Positions 13,691 through 30,258 of a stretch of 64,000 nt of DNA are shown one piece after another. The notes beneath the pieces are model-generated. The model was not told the DNA's origin, made no database searches, and saw only the letters and a list, made by a program, of their open reading frames with translations. The stretch is taken from the NCBI GenBank assembly GCA_964016885.1, contig OZ024742.1, forward strand, positions 233,492,001-233,556,000, in the 5' to 3' direction. Source of the DNA: Eledone cirrhosa (Eukaryota). A program made the position numbers and the translations under genes. Numbering within the stretch: the stretch's first letter is position 1; each line of letters opens with the position of its first letter.

Positions 13691-13928
13691 TAACTGCATA
13701 TACATATGTACATGCACACATATAACTTATCCACATGCACACATATAACTTAAAACAACCACATCCACACATACAATAACATTAATAACTGCACACACAT
13801 GCATGCAGCCATACATACATATCTACCTAGTTGATGAGTAAATTCCAATGAGAGAGTCTTGTGTCTATGTTAGAAACCGACTCTCTCTCTATTGGGAAAA
13901 AGTTTGTGAAATTATAAAACCAGAAGAA
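13691..13928 (+). mobile_element. 3' UTR fragment of the R4/Dong-like LINE, in (CATA)n
   Basis: Matches 36940-37167 and ends GTGAAATTATAAAACCAGAAGAA|CATACATA. Confidence 0.85.
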
Positions 13929-14370
13929 CATACATACATACATACATACATACATACATACATACATACGTACATACGTACATACGTACATACATACATA
14001 CATAAATACATACATACATACATACATACATACATACATACATACATACATACATACATACATACATACATACATACATACGTACGTACATACATGTGCA
14101 CATACATATATACGTACGTACATTCATACATATAAAATAATAAAACCAGAAAAATATACATGCAGATTAAATCAACGAACCGGAAGCTTATTAACTGAGG
14201 GAACTTCCATACTGAAAGGTACAAAAATTTCTTTAAAATTCCTAAATCTTACCCACTTTAGCCCTTTTAATCCTAGAGCTTTAGGTCTTTTTCTTTCAGT
14301 AGGTTTTTTTTTTTCTTTTTTAGCCATAATTCACGGTCTTTCTCTATCTTTTTATCTCTATTTGTCTATC

Positions 14371-14421
<51 letters not shown>

Positions 14422-14728
14422 CCGGACAACAACTCATCCCCTTCTTTAAATACCACTTCAGAAGGAAGGTGAGAGTGCTAAACCAAAGTAAATTCACTGA
14501 AATGTGGGTGAATGTGGCGAAAATGGCCCGAGTGAATGAGCCTTCTCTGTATATAAATCTATAGGTTGAGGAAGACAAAAAGATACGATTTTTATGTAAA
14601 ACCCCTGCCTCCCGTCTTGTAATGTCTCATTCCTTGTACGCCCTTGTGGCAAAAGAAATATATCTATCTATCTATCTATTTTTCTATTTATCTATCTATG
14701 TGTGTGTATGTGTTTTTGTGTGTCTGAG

Positions 14729-14780
<52 letters not shown>

Positions 14781-14874
14781 TTATTATTATTACTATATAT
14801 ATATATAATAGAAATAATAATAAATTTGAAGACTTTATCTTAAACTGTTATTTTAATAAATATATATAGTAATA

Positions 14875-14911
<37 letters not shown>

Positions 14912-14917
14912 TCATAT

Positions 14918-14980
<63 letters not shown>

Positions 14981-15091
14981 AATTAATATCTAGTAACATA
15001 TATATACATACAGATGCATATCAATGCTAGCAAATATATAGGTTTTGTCTTAGTAACTTTGTGGTTCAATGCATGGGGTTGCAGAACAATA

Positions 15092-15199
15092 ATATGAGAG
15101 ACGTAAAGTAAGAAAATTATAAAATTAACTTACTTACTAAAATTAGTTGGAAGTGATATTTTAGTAAGTAAGTTAATTTTATAATTTTCTTATTTTACG

Positions 15200-15209
<10 letters not shown>
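15092..15209. repeat. Hairpin (~52-bp arms) abutting (TA)n
   Basis: ATATGAGAGACGTAAA..TACTAAAAT / ATTTTAGTA..TTTACGTCTCTCATAT. Confidence 0.85.
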
Positions 15210-15271
<62 letters not shown>

Positions 15272-15277
<6 letters not shown>

Positions 15278-15445
15278 GGCTTCTTCAGGACTAGAACTGT
15301 TTCATTCGAAGAAAATCATCAGGAAGGCTGATGATTCCCTTCGAATGAAACAGTTCTAGTCCTGTAGAAGCCATTTATATATTAAATACTTATACTCTGC
15401 TATGTATTGAGTACCTTACTGTGGTTACCCCGATTGAACCCGGGA
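15272..15445 (+). mobile_element. (TA)n-embedded palindromic repeat 'family A'; other copies ~16923-17106, 19278-19403, 26754-26940, 44989-45055, 45377-45443, 45725-45891
   Basis: Shared (C)TGATGATT..GAATGAAACAGTTCTAGTCCTGTAGAA and tail TACTCTGC..GTATTGAGTACCTTAC..AACCCGGA; most copies are preceded by their own reverse complement. Confidence 0.88.
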
Positions 15446-15669
15446 TACATACACACACACACACACTCACTCACACACACATATATCTATATAGATATTT
15501 ACATACACGCTCATATATAAAGATACACACACACACTCATACACAAACGTACGTGTACATACACACACATGTGCACACGCAAGAGAATTACATAAGTTCA
15601 CCTATACGTACCTGTACACACATGCACACATAATAAAAAACGCGAAAGGAATTACAGACATACAGATAT

Positions 15670-16725
<1,056 letters not shown>

Positions 16726-16847
16726 AACTCTTCATATCCTGAAGGACTTATGTCCGAAGCATCAAAGCCTCTTCTACTTCTCCCTAAGTGTGAAACTAAT
16801 AAGACTTTGTGCTTTTACATCGCTGTGTTTGTCTTGTCATTTCTTAA

Positions 16848-16927
<80 letters not shown>

Positions 16928-17106
16928 TATAGATGAGATTCTACAGGACTAGAACTGTTTCATTCTTTAGAAATCATCATGATGATTTCTAAAGAATGAA
17001 ACAGTTCTAGTCCTGTAGAATCTCATCTATATTAAAACTTTTATACTCTGCAATGTATTGAGTACCTTACTTACTGTGGTTACCTCCGATTCAACCCGGA
17101 ATAACG

Positions 17107-17144
<38 letters not shown>

Positions 17145-17366
17145 AAAAGAGTCAGGACCCCGACGGCTGAGCTCCGGCCGTTTCGACAGCTAGATCCGAA
17201 CTGTTCGGATCTAGCTGTCGAAACGGCCGGAGCTTAGCCGTCGGGGTCCTGACTCTTTTTTCTATTACCATCTCTACTACCCTAAGTATTGAGTACTCTG
17301 GTGCGTTATGGTCCACCTGGTATCTTACCATACCCTCTTTATTATGTATATATGTATGTATATATG

Positions 17367-17412
<46 letters not shown>

Positions 17413-17743
17413 GTCAAGTTTGTAGCCAGCCTGCTTCTGTCACCATAGCAGTCCTAGTGGCCGTCGCAAAAGGAACAAACGATATAACACCATTTCTCTC
17501 CATCTATACCTCATAGACTGCTGATAACACAGGTGCAGTGTTGCAAGTTGCAATTGCACTTGTCTTCTGCAGCTGCAGAAACCTATACTCAAGCCAATTA
17601 GGTGCACATGCCACATTGCTAACATACACTCGGTAAGCACTCTGAGACAAGTTTTGTTCCTTACAAGTTCATTCCATAATTCATTGAGTGAATAATGTGT
17701 GAAAGACTGATTATAGTTGATATTTTAAGCTCGTCAATATATG

Positions 17744-17807
<64 letters not shown>

Positions 17808-18103
17808 CGTATTTGTATATATATATTATAATAATAGTAGTAATAAACGAAATATATATACTTTATATCATCTCTAATTATTTCATTATATATATTTCGA
17901 AGATGTAAAGTTTTATTTATAACATAAAGCAAAACATGTCCTCCTCAGATAAAATACATCTTTCGTCAAATAAAATATATCTTTCGTTTATTACTGATAT
18001 TATTATAATAATACTCCGGATAAATTTATACCGTTGTGTGTTTGGCATCTGTTATATATAAGAATGAGTTGTTCACAAATCAACTACCTCTTTTTTCCTA
18101 TTG

Positions 18104-18159
<56 letters not shown>

Positions 18160-18160
<1 letters not shown>

Positions 18161-18674
18161 TTCGTTTCTGAATTTCTTTAGCAAGATTCTTTATCTGAAA
18201 ACGTGTGTTGAAACCGATATTGTTATACTTTGGGAGGGTCATGTTGCCAATAAGAAACACACGCACCAGTTGCTTTCACTTCAAATTATTATAATAAATT
18301 TATAAATTTAGGAATTTATAAATTTATAAATTTCCGGTTGGTTGGTTGGTTCCACAACCAGATGGTTGTTTATATATTGTCAAAGTTCTTTCGTCACACA
18401 TTCTGTGACCTCTTCAGTGACTGGGGATTCTTTTCTTTGTTTTTGTGCCTCTCCTTTGTTCTGTCCTACGCCATCTTGTTTCTCTGAAACAGAATGTGTG
18501 ACGAAAGAACTTTGACAATATATAAACAACCATCTGGTTGTGGAACCAACCAACCAACCAACCGGAAAGTTATAAATTTATAAATTCCTAAATTTATAAA
18601 TTTATTATAATAAATTGAAGTGAAAGCAACTGGTGCGTGTGTTTCTTATTGGCAACATGACCCTCCCAAAGTAT

Positions 18675-18680
<6 letters not shown>
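18160..18680 (-). repeat. Fold-back element (arms ~18218-18406 / ~18489-18680) in (TA)n; diverged relative at ~41850-41980
   Basis: Near-perfect ~190-bp arms, with a unique tail at 18160-18217. Confidence 0.92.
18379..18421 (-). ncRNA. Putative minimal type I hammerhead ribozyme
   Basis: GUCA-CUGAAGA-g-GUCAC(agaaugu)GUGAC-GAAA-G(aa)CUU-UGAC. Confidence 0.75.
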
Positions 18681-18738
<58 letters not shown>

Positions 18739-19085
18739 GGTATATATTATGAAATTGTTTATATATCTTCCAGAAATATGTTACCATTTATGTTTTACGT
18801 ACACAGAATCACAAGTAATGGGACACTCACTCAACGTGAGAAAATTAGGAATATATCGTATGCTAATAACTGTTGATATATTTTGAATTTAAGAATGTTG
18901 TTTAAGGGAGAAATAGGGTTAGTATTAACGTAAACTATTATCTAATTGTACGGATTCTTTTTTACATATATATGAATGTGTGGCTTCGATTCCCGCAGGT
19001 TTTAAAATCCATTTTTCTAGACAAAATTAATAAAGCTTCTAAATTACTCATAGATACCAATTTTGGCCATTGTTTCTAGACACAC

Positions 19086-19125
<40 letters not shown>

Positions 19126-19207
19126 GTCCACAGATTGATTTTTTGAATTTCAGAATATCCCGTTAAGGGTGAAAGCAGCGATTCTTCGCATAAACTTTAA
19201 TCTCTTC

Positions 19208-19282
<75 letters not shown>

Positions 19283-19402
19283 ATTTCTCACGAATGAAAT
19301 AGTTCTAGTCCTGTAGAAGCTCTTCTATATTAAAATATTTATACTCTGCTATGTATTGAGTAACTTACTTACTGTGGTTACCTCCGATTCAACCCGGAAT
19401 AA

Positions 19403-19457
<55 letters not shown>

Positions 19458-19586
19458 CAGGTTGAACGAAACTTAAGGAACTGTATATGTCACTGTTCGT
19501 AACTATTTATATATATATATATATATAAATATATGTAAATATGTATGTGTGTGTGTGTGCGTGTGTATGTATGTGTGTGTGTGTGC

Positions 19587-19671
<85 letters not shown>

Positions 19672-19687
19672 TATATATATATATATA

Positions 19688-19755
<68 letters not shown>

Positions 19756-20559
19756 GTATATTCGTAGAATCTAAATTAACTTTGAATATATATAGCAGAG
19801 TATATATTTTATTTTTGTCAGAAAGTAAGTAGTAGTGGCTTCGAAGTCTTGGTTGTATTTCCGCTACTTGTATCGAAATAATAGTAATATATCGAAATCA
19901 TGCTTATACATTATTATAACGGAAATATTTCTTTTAAAGAAAGCAACTACCAGAGTGTTCAAATACTTCGAAAGGTGAATCAGATTCAGACCAACAATAT
20001 GATTATATATATAAAGAAAGAACTAACACGGATAAGCACTTCCAAATATCGTAATCAATCCATTATATATTACACACTTTCTCCGAGTTCGATCGTGTAA
20101 CTGTGAAGCAGGGATTCAGAGAAATATATAGTACTGTGAGATATCGCAAGCAAGTATATTCTGCTTCTGCTGCAATTTGGGAGAGTCTTAGGTCTAGTTA
20201 CCGGAAGCTGTGTTTGCTGAGCTGGACAAAACCTTTAACTGAAAGAGCCAGCCTTGTTATCCATACTCGTATGTGTCCATCAAAAGATTACGTTAAAGAT
20301 ACATGTACATGTATGTAACTTCCTTAAAAATACTGTAATACACGCACACACGCATATATATATGGGTGGGGGATGATTCAATCTAATGAAATGTGAAGAC
20401 TAAAATCCAAAGTGGGCTCGGTAAGGATAAATATATATCAAATATATAAGAACCCTAGAGTAAATATTTATTAAAATAACAGATTAAATTTTAAGCAAAA
20501 AATCGCTGTTTCACCCTTAACGGGATCTTCTGAAACTCTTCAGAAGATCCGTTAAGCAA

Positions 20560-20670
<111 letters not shown>

Positions 20671-20676
20671 TGTATG

Positions 20677-20717
<41 letters not shown>

Positions 20718-20869
20718 GTATGTATATATATACTGTAGTAAAAGTTTGGTAGAATTATCCAAGGGTAAGAGCACTTAATCCATAGGACGAGTTAAGTATA
20801 ATTAGCTACAACAGTGACATACACAGGAGCTTAAGCTTCGTTGGGTTATATACCACAACTCATTCAGTC

Positions 20870-20929
<60 letters not shown>

Positions 20930-21329
20930 TCTTCGGTGGAATATAACAAGTGACCTGTCCGGATTCGGTAAACGTGCTACGTCATGCTGCCGGAAGGTGA
21001 CATAGGGCTCTATCCTTCTTTTATTTATTTATTTTATTTAATAGGTCTTTCTAGAGAAAAGTCAAGAAGGCCTTAGAGTTCTTTCACTTTATATCTATAT
21101 ATATACACACACACACACAAACAAACAAACAAACACATATACATATATGTGTGTGTGTGTATGAGTGTGTGTGTGTGTTTGTGTGTGTGTATAAACATGC
21201 ACACGCATGGGCATACATGCCTACACATACAGGAGTATTTTATCAGCAACCTGTGCGATTTTCTTCACATCCAGCGCTGCATTGGAGTTTTATTTACACA
21301 GCCTGATCATGAATGAGCAGCAAGGAATT

Positions 21330-24300
21330 AATCTTGGCATGTTCCAAGCCACATTTTCATTGCCTGGTATCTCAGTGAAACAGCCCATTTTTGACTGGGT
21401 AAGTCCGAACGGATATGAATCATTTTGTAGTTTTAGCAAAGATGCTAGCATCATACTAGCATATGAGCCATACAAAAGACTGTTCAAGATGAACGTGTGG
21501 GACTTTTAATTAACTGGATTGGCAGTGAGGCTGCAGACTTCAATAATGTTTTAGAAGCACCTCCAGGTAAAAGCAAAGAAAATTTGGATGATATGATTAC
21601 TATGTTCAAGAATACATTCCGCCCCACACAAGGCACCATTCATTCTTGATATAAACTGGGATCACTATCTAGTTCTAATCGAAGGGTCGAGCAGATTTCA
21701 TGCATACTATCAGATGTCTTGTGGTGGAATGTGGATTCTCCAAAGAGGATGAAGTGATAACATTTATTTTCTTGGTCAACAGTCAACATCGATGTGTGCG
21801 TGAACAGTTATTAAAGGAAATGGATCCTGCCAAAGACTAGCCACACGCACTTGCTATTGCAAACCACGTGGAGTCACAAATTGAATCTGAGAAGTTTGCA
21901 ACCAGTTTTCAACAAGATTCAGGGATCAAGAAAGACATTCATGCTGTACACAACCAAAGTGGTTGCAAACTGCAAACAAAACAGAAAGGACAAATGAGAG
22001 GCCAGTCTGAAGAAACAAACACAGACAAACATTGCAGAAACTGTGATGCCAAACACTTGCCTAGACAGTGCTCAACATATAGGAAAACGTGTTAAAATGC
22101 AAGATGCCAAATCATTTCATGAGTAAATGTAGAAGGAGGTCACAATTTGCTAAGCAAAGAGCTAAATTTGTTTGTGAATCACAAGTGAATCATGGGGTGA
22201 AATCAGTTCAGTTGAGTGTGATGACTGTGACTCTGATTGTGAATACTTTGGTGGAAAGGATAGTAATTCATATGTATATCTTGACACGAATAAAATAATC
22301 ATAAAGGATCAGTTTACAGTTGACACTCGAGCATTTGATGGAATTTCTCAGCTAAGTACAACTCGAACTTTATCAGACTTAGCAGTATCAAACAAATGTT
22401 GTAATCATGTGTTAAATTAATATGTAATCTAGACACAGGTGCTGCAGGAAACCTACTACCACTGCAATTTTTCTGATTTAAGCATGTCTAAGTTGGGTTG
22501 TACTAGAGACAACAATGTCACATTAGTTGTTTACAACAAGTCTGAAATTAAACAGTATGGTACATGTAAACTGAATGTAGAGGGAAAGAGCAAACGGTGT
22601 ATATTCTCTGTGGTTTCTAACAAGTTTCGTCCAACATTTGGCCTGCCTGGCTTAGAAACGTTAGGTCTGATCACAGTTAATGTACTTCGAACTGATCATT
22701 ACATTCACCAAATTTGATTAAAGTGTCTAGCTTAGATGTGAATTTGGTTGAATCAGCAATAAAGCGAGTGATTAAGAAGGATATCCTGCCTCAGCAAAAT
22801 ACAAGCACTGTTTTCATGGTGTAGGCAAATTTGATATACGACCAGTGAGATCGCAGTAGATAAGTGTTAAACCCTACAAAGCAGCCCCACGTCGAGTTCC
22901 TGATGCAATCGCAAAGAAATTAAAAATAAACCTGAAAACCTGGCAAACTCTGGTATACAGAGGGAATTAGGTCCTGATGAAGCAACAGAATGGGTGAATT
23001 CTTTTGTTAATTTTATCAAACCAAATGGTGACTCACACATTCGTCTAGACACCATGTCACTAAATAAGGCAATCATATTTGACATGCTGACTTCTGATGA
23101 TTTACAGGATGAATTAGCAGATGCCAAGTTTATTGTAGATATCACCAAAGGATTTTCCCATTTATAAGGAGAGTCAGCCATTCACTGCAATACTCACACC
23201 ATTTGTAACTTATGTTTACCAGGTTCTAGTCATGGGATTTTAATGTTCTACTGATATTTTCAACAATGTCTTGCATGGACTGTTTTCTGGCCTCAAAGGA
23301 GCAAAATATCACTGACAACACTGCCATTTTTAGCAATACACAGGCCCAGCATAAGAACCTCGTGATATTTTTGAGTTGTTGTGCGGAAATTGACCTCCAC
23401 ATGAACCTCCAAGCAACTAACAGTTAATGTACAGTCAGTGCCATACTTTGGCATGCAGTTTATTGTTGAAAGACTGGAACTCTCACCAGAGAAGATACAA
23501 GTTATAAAAGACTGGCGTACTCCAATGAATAAGGAAGAGCTGCGAAGTTTTCTTAATACTGCAGATTATTTAAGCAGATCCATACCTCAGGATGGATGTT
23601 AGCATTCACAATGTTTCACTTACTATCTCCCCAACTAGACTTGAGAAAGTGCGACAAGCTACATTCCAAGACCCCGAATTCTTGATATTAGTACAGGACA
23701 TAATAGATGTATGGTCTGACTCTGCCCAGGACTGTGACGAAAATGTTCGTGAATATTTCACTTATCGTAGTGAACTAAGTGTAGTTGATGGCATTGTCTG
23801 CACAAATGATAGAGTGGTAATTGCTAAATCAAAGACGCCTGAAGTTCAGCCATTACAAAATGTTCTTGAAGTCACAAAGACTCTACTCCGAGTAAGAGAG
23901 TGTGTATTCTGGCCTAGGATCAAACATGAAGTAACAGCATTAATTGAAAGATCCCGTGCCTGTCAAGCAATTCACAATAGACAGTGCTTGGATCTTTGAA
24001 AAATTCTATTGTTGCATATCCATAGCATACAATCTGCTTAGATATTTTTGAGTTACGAGGTTTATCTTTTCTAATTACAGTAGACCGTTATAGTCATTTT
24101 GTCATAGTGAAGCAGACTTCTCATTCAAGTGCCAATACAAAGCGAGTTCTTTTTGGCCTAATTTCAGTTTGGTTTGCCAGAGCAGATTACCTGTAATCGT
24201 GGCCCTAATTTTACTAGCAGAGAATTTGTAAAGTTGTGCACTGAATTAGACATAAAACTTGTAGTTAGTAGTGCTAACCTTCACCAATCTAACCGAGCAG

Positions 24301-24780
24301 TGAGACATGTTCAGACCGTCAAGAATCTACTTCCAAAAACAAATCGGAGCAATTTTCATATTGAATTATTGGAACTTAATTGCACACCAGTTAGTGCTCA
24401 GTCCAAGTGAACTACCATTTGGGCAAAAGCTCAGATCTGTATAGGTATCTAAACCCTGAGTCAAAATGAATGAGAACTACTGTGACTATCTGTCCAATCA
24501 TGCAGAAAAGTCTGCCAATTATCGTAACATGCAGGCACATGCAAGAACCAGGTTGGCAGAAGAGCCAATGACTTATAGTGAACAAAACAGTTAGGGCGAA
24601 CAATGGTCACCTGCAAAATAATTTCTATCAAGGATAATTTCTATCAAGGATATTTAGTTCAGGCCGGAAAAGGGACAACTATATCCCGAAACAGAAATGA
24701 CCTACGCCCAACCAAATTGCCCCACCCCCTTTAAACAAGATTTTCCATGAGTGATTCAAGTGAGAGACACACCAGCTATT
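21330..24780 (+). mobile_element. Decayed Ty3/Gypsy LTR retrotransposon internal region
   Basis: Gag with knuckles CRNCDAKH..C and CLKCKMPNHFMSKC; protease LDTGAAGNLL (~22429); RT remnants (TEWVNSFV, VDITKGFSH); integrase (VFWPRI, ICLDIF, TVDRYS, PEQITCNRGPNFTSREF). Many stops and frameshifts; no LTR pair identified. Confidence 0.9.
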
Positions 24781-25966
24781 GTGATATTGTGAGAATGCTG
24801 CCAAGCATGATAAAGTTAAAACTACAGACCAGTGCTCCATCCTCAAAATCAATCTTATGGAGAGCTAAAGATGTCGATAAGTAGGTTGTGCAAATACCAT
24901 CTGGCAAAACATGCTCTGGAAAAATTGTCAAAGCTATTGATAGATTTAACTTAGAATGGTCTACATCCAAATATTTTTTGAATAAAAGCCCTATACAGAT
25001 CTAGGGGTCTCTCATGTATTTGGTACAATGTTTTGGTGAATAAAACCTTAGAGTTCTCTATAGCATCCAGATGTACATGTGATGTCGTATTTGCAAACCT
25101 GACTAATTTATTGTCTCGGGAGTATTTAAGAATATTTAGCATTGATGGTTACTTAACTCTATAGCATAATTTGGTAACATAAGTATGGTTTATGTGTATT
25201 TTCTTTTTATACATCATATAGACACATGTTCGAATTGGTAAATAATATATATATATATATATATATATAGTTTGGATCTACCTGTTGAAACGGCCGGAGG
25301 TCAGCCGGCGGGGTCCTGAATTTTTTCATATATATATATATATAGTGGTAGAAAGGTTATATCCGTAGATGAAAGAGCACTTAGTCCAAAGGACGAGTTT
25401 GGTGACAAGGGAGACAATTCAAATCTTCTTTTGAGTTAGTTGATTTCGGGTTAAACCTTTGGTTACCTTAGGTCCTTCCAGATACGTATAAAACAAATAC
25501 AATTTAAGGTGTTAAATAAAAACATTACACACATAAGGATTAAGTTATATTTAAATGGCCGTAAATCCAAATATGACGATCCAATCATAGACAGATCTGT
25601 TTCTGAGAATTAGAAAATATTGAATGTTCACCACCGATTGCGGTAATTAGTATCGATCAGCAACTACTGATAATGGTGAAAACTCAATCAAGACTATGAT
25701 TCTTTTCGTCAATATGTTTAAGTATTCGCTAAATCTCGAGCTGTATTAAAATCCCTTTAGGGAAACATTTATTTAAATATTGTATAGACATTATCTATAC
25801 ATATTTTATATGTATTGATTAAACCTAAAATTAAGTTATTTCTATTTCTGCTCCTAATCTCTCTAAATTAGTTTGAGCTGACTGAAGTAGATTGCCCTGG
25901 AGCTCTTTCTAGCACTCCTTAGGGCCTGTCCTGTTTCCCTGACCTTCTCTCTATCTATTTCTATAT

Positions 25967-26330
25967 AAAAATCAGTGATGCATCTGAACTCAATTTATTG
26001 TGTGTTACAATTGTTTCGCCGGCGGACAGCTCGAGACGCGATCATTGTGTGGATCTGTTTGATTCTGGACCCGCAAGTTCGACGGAGACGTCTAATGATT
26101 TCGGAGCATATTCTTCCACTGTGTCCGTTGAACCTGCGGGTCCAGAATCAGACAGATCCACACAATGATCGCGTCTCGAGCTGTCCGCCGGCGAAACATT
26201 TGTAACACACAATAAATTGGGTTCAGATGCATCACTGATTTTTCGTTTTATATTCTATCATACTCTGCTCTGTATAAGCATAGAGTGCTCAACCGGCATA
26301 CCGCCTATGGAAGCATCTTAGCTACCATTA
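25967..26330 (+). repeat. GC-rich fold-back repeat (arms 25967-26089 / 26121-26243) with 3' tail
   Basis: ~123-bp arms with few mismatches; tail contains TACTCTGC..AGAGTGC. Confidence 0.9.
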
Positions 26331-26430
<100 letters not shown>

Positions 26431-26568
26431 GTAATAATAGTAAATGTGATGACTAAAATCCGAAGAAGGCTCTATAAGGATAATATATATAAATATATAT
26501 AAAAACCGTAAAGCAAATATTTGTTAAAATAACAGATTAAAGTTTAAGCAAAGAATCACTGCTTTCAC

Positions 26569-26759
<191 letters not shown>

Positions 26760-26980
26760 TATAGAAGAGCTTCTATAGGACTAGAACTGTTTCATTCGTG
26801 AGAAATCATCAGGAATGATTTCTCACGAATGAAACAGTTCTAGTCCTGTAGAAGCTCTTCTATATTAAAACATTTATACTCTGCTCTATGTATTGAGTAC
26901 CTTACTTACTGTTGTTACCTCCGATTCAACTCGCAATAACTTATATATATATACACATATATATACACACATATATATAT

Positions 26981-27045
<65 letters not shown>

Positions 27046-27153
27046 AATGAATGTATGTATACACATAAATGTGTGTATGTATATATAAGTGTGTTTGTGT
27101 GTGCGTATGTACATATATATATATGTATATATTATGTATATATGTATATAAAT

Positions 27154-27278
<125 letters not shown>

Positions 27279-28628
27279 GATATATATGCATATATATGCA
27301 TGTATGAGCGTGTGTTTGTGTTTATATATATATGGGGCCAAGAGAATTTATATAATTTCTCATTTATTCAATGTGTTCAATGGAATTGAAGGCTAAAATC
27401 TACTTCAAATGAAAATTCGGTAAACCAGAAGATCGATGATTGAATATTTGTGAAATAGTTTCCACATTACACTATGTTTATCATCGAATCAAGTTTCAGT
27501 TTCTAGAATAAAATAAATATTGAAGTCGAAATAGCGTCCAGCGCGCAGTTTGATTTACAATTATCTATCTTCAACTACTATTGTTACCAGCCTGCGTATG
27601 AGCCATTCTTTGCTAGATAGATTTGCTAGAAATAGTAGTTAAATATTCTGCAAATCACATCATACCGTTTTAAAACAAGTTTCGTTTGATAACCTGGGAT
27701 TGCATTCTCTGCACACAGGTAAAACGACAGGCTGGTCATGTTTGGAATCACTTTGACCATTGGTGCTAACTATAAACAACTGCTACTACCACTATTAGGC
27801 ACTACGCAAACAGACGCACACACACACGCAGCTTAAAATTATATGATCTAAACAAGGATTAATAAAATACTATTTTCATATAAATATACAAAAATATACA
27901 TATATAATCATAGGACTAACTTCAACTCACATACATACACAATATATGCGTGTATGTATGAATGTATGCGTAAGAAGTGAGGGGAGGTTGCGTGTATATG
28001 TGTATGTGTTTGTGTGAGTGTGTATGCGTATGTGATTATATTGACCCTTTAGCATTTAAATCGGCCATATTCGGCCAGAATTCTCTCACCTCTGTCTGTT
28101 CAAACCGTCTGTAACTGGACACTCATACTGATGTTAAGGTATTGTCCTCAAAATAAATATCATCAAAATCTAATAGATTCTATATTATGTGAGATAATTA
28201 TATGAGGTAAAGCCTTACCATGAATATATAATAGTAAATATAGAGCAATGTTGCTATTTACAGAGCTGGCACTAGGGTATCGAGCACACCCACCTTATAT
28301 CAGCTACTTATGAATTCTCCTAAATAAAATAGTTTCAATTTACAGTTTGGTAACCTGACGGATCTAGTTTTAGAATCGGCGGCCCTTGAAATTCCTTTCA
28401 AAGGTTTTTAATCAATCATATGGACAGGCTAGAAACCATTATATCGATCTCTATTTTTGAACCGTTGTTTTTAAAGAAATTGATACAAAGGAGCATAATA
28501 TAAGCAAGTACACTGGTAGAAAGAGAGAGGGAGAAACACATGCACACATACTCACGTATTCATGTAGATATCTATGTATGTATGTATGTATGTATGTATG
28601 TGTGAGTGTGTAATTATATGTAGTTATT

Positions 28629-28683
<55 letters not shown>

Positions 28684-28696
28684 TTATATATATATT

Positions 28697-28777
<81 letters not shown>

Positions 28778-29120
28778 ATTAGTAAAAAGGAAAAGAAAAT
28801 GCTGACAAATTTTTCCCAGTGAAAAATAGTTTAATTAGGAATAAGTATAAATTAGTAATAAGTATTGGTTAGTATTCAGTTTTAGTTTTAAGTTTTTACC
28901 GGTTGCGCATTTCTAATGTTTTTCAAAAATAATTTTGAGATAGACTAAAACTGAATACTAACCAATACTTATTACTAAAACTGAATACTAACCAATACTT
29001 ATTACTAATTTATACTTATTCCTAATTAAACTATTTTTCACTGGGAAAAATTTGTCAAAATTTTCTTTTCCTCTTTGCTAATATATCACAACTCGTGTGT
29101 CACACTTCTATTTTTTTAAA
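28778..29120 (+). repeat. Fold-back repeat (arms ~28778-28886 / ~28944-29081) with an internal 30-bp tandem duplication
   Basis: Reverse-complement arms are visible; ACTAAAACTGAATACTAACCAATACTTATT is duplicated. Confidence 0.88.
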
Positions 29121-29483
29121 TATATATATGTATATATATATATATATATATTCATATTTATATTTATAGTTATAGTTATATATTTATATATATTTATATC
29201 TATGAAATATAGTCAGCTCAGACGCAGAAATTACTGTCAGTCACTTTAACATACCTTATAAAAATCGGATAAGGCACCCTAGAGACGGAAAAATGTAGGC
29301 AGCGTCCACTCCGAAAAATCAAACTCCATAACTTCCAGAGTTAGACACTCTGTAGCGATCACTGACAACATTTACCCGTCTTTAGTGATCTTTACCCGAT
29401 TTTTATAAGTTTCTTAAATCTTATAAATTTATTTCTGTGGCGCTTAGTAAGTTCGATCATTCGAGCTTGACATACGACGTTTG

Positions 29484-29566
<83 letters not shown>

Positions 29567-29822
29567 TTATGCGTGTGTGTGTGTTTGTTTGTTTGTTTGT
29601 ATGTGTGTGTGTGTGTTTGTGTGTACGCAAAGGGGAGACAGAAATAACAAAGAAAATGATATACAAGGAAGAAATATATTAGTTGTTTTATGCTTGAAAT
29701 AATAGAAAAAGAGTTTTAACATTTCGGATGTTAGTCCTTCATCAGGAAATAGAATGAGAAATTAAAGAAGAAATAAAAAGATTGAGTTGACGGGCAGGGC
29801 AGTGGCATAAACATAAAAACAT

Positions 29823-29930
<108 letters not shown>

Positions 29931-29964
29931 TATATATATATATGTTTGTACGTATGTATGTATA

Positions 29965-30019
<55 letters not shown>

Positions 30020-30093
30020 GTATATATATAATGTTTTTTTGTTTATGCCACTGCCCTGCCCGTCAACTCAATCTTTTTATTTCTTCTTTAATT

Positions 30094-30152
<59 letters not shown>

Positions 30153-30193
30153 TTCAAAATATTAACAAAGTAGATATTCTTGTGATCAATTAT

Positions 30194-30258
30194 ATTTTAT
30201 TATACATATTTCAGAAGTACTGAGTTAAGTTCAACAGTACGTCCTCATCAGATAAAAT
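30194..30258 (-). ncRNA. Putative type I hammerhead ribozyme (inverted copy)
   Basis: Near-exact reverse complement of 31401-31465 with an intact core. Confidence 0.78.

Noticed and set aside
15328-15365. Family A as a confirmed ribozyme
   Set aside because: CUGAUGA, GAAAC and GUC are present, but stems I and II pair poorly in these copies; kept only as hammerhead-like.
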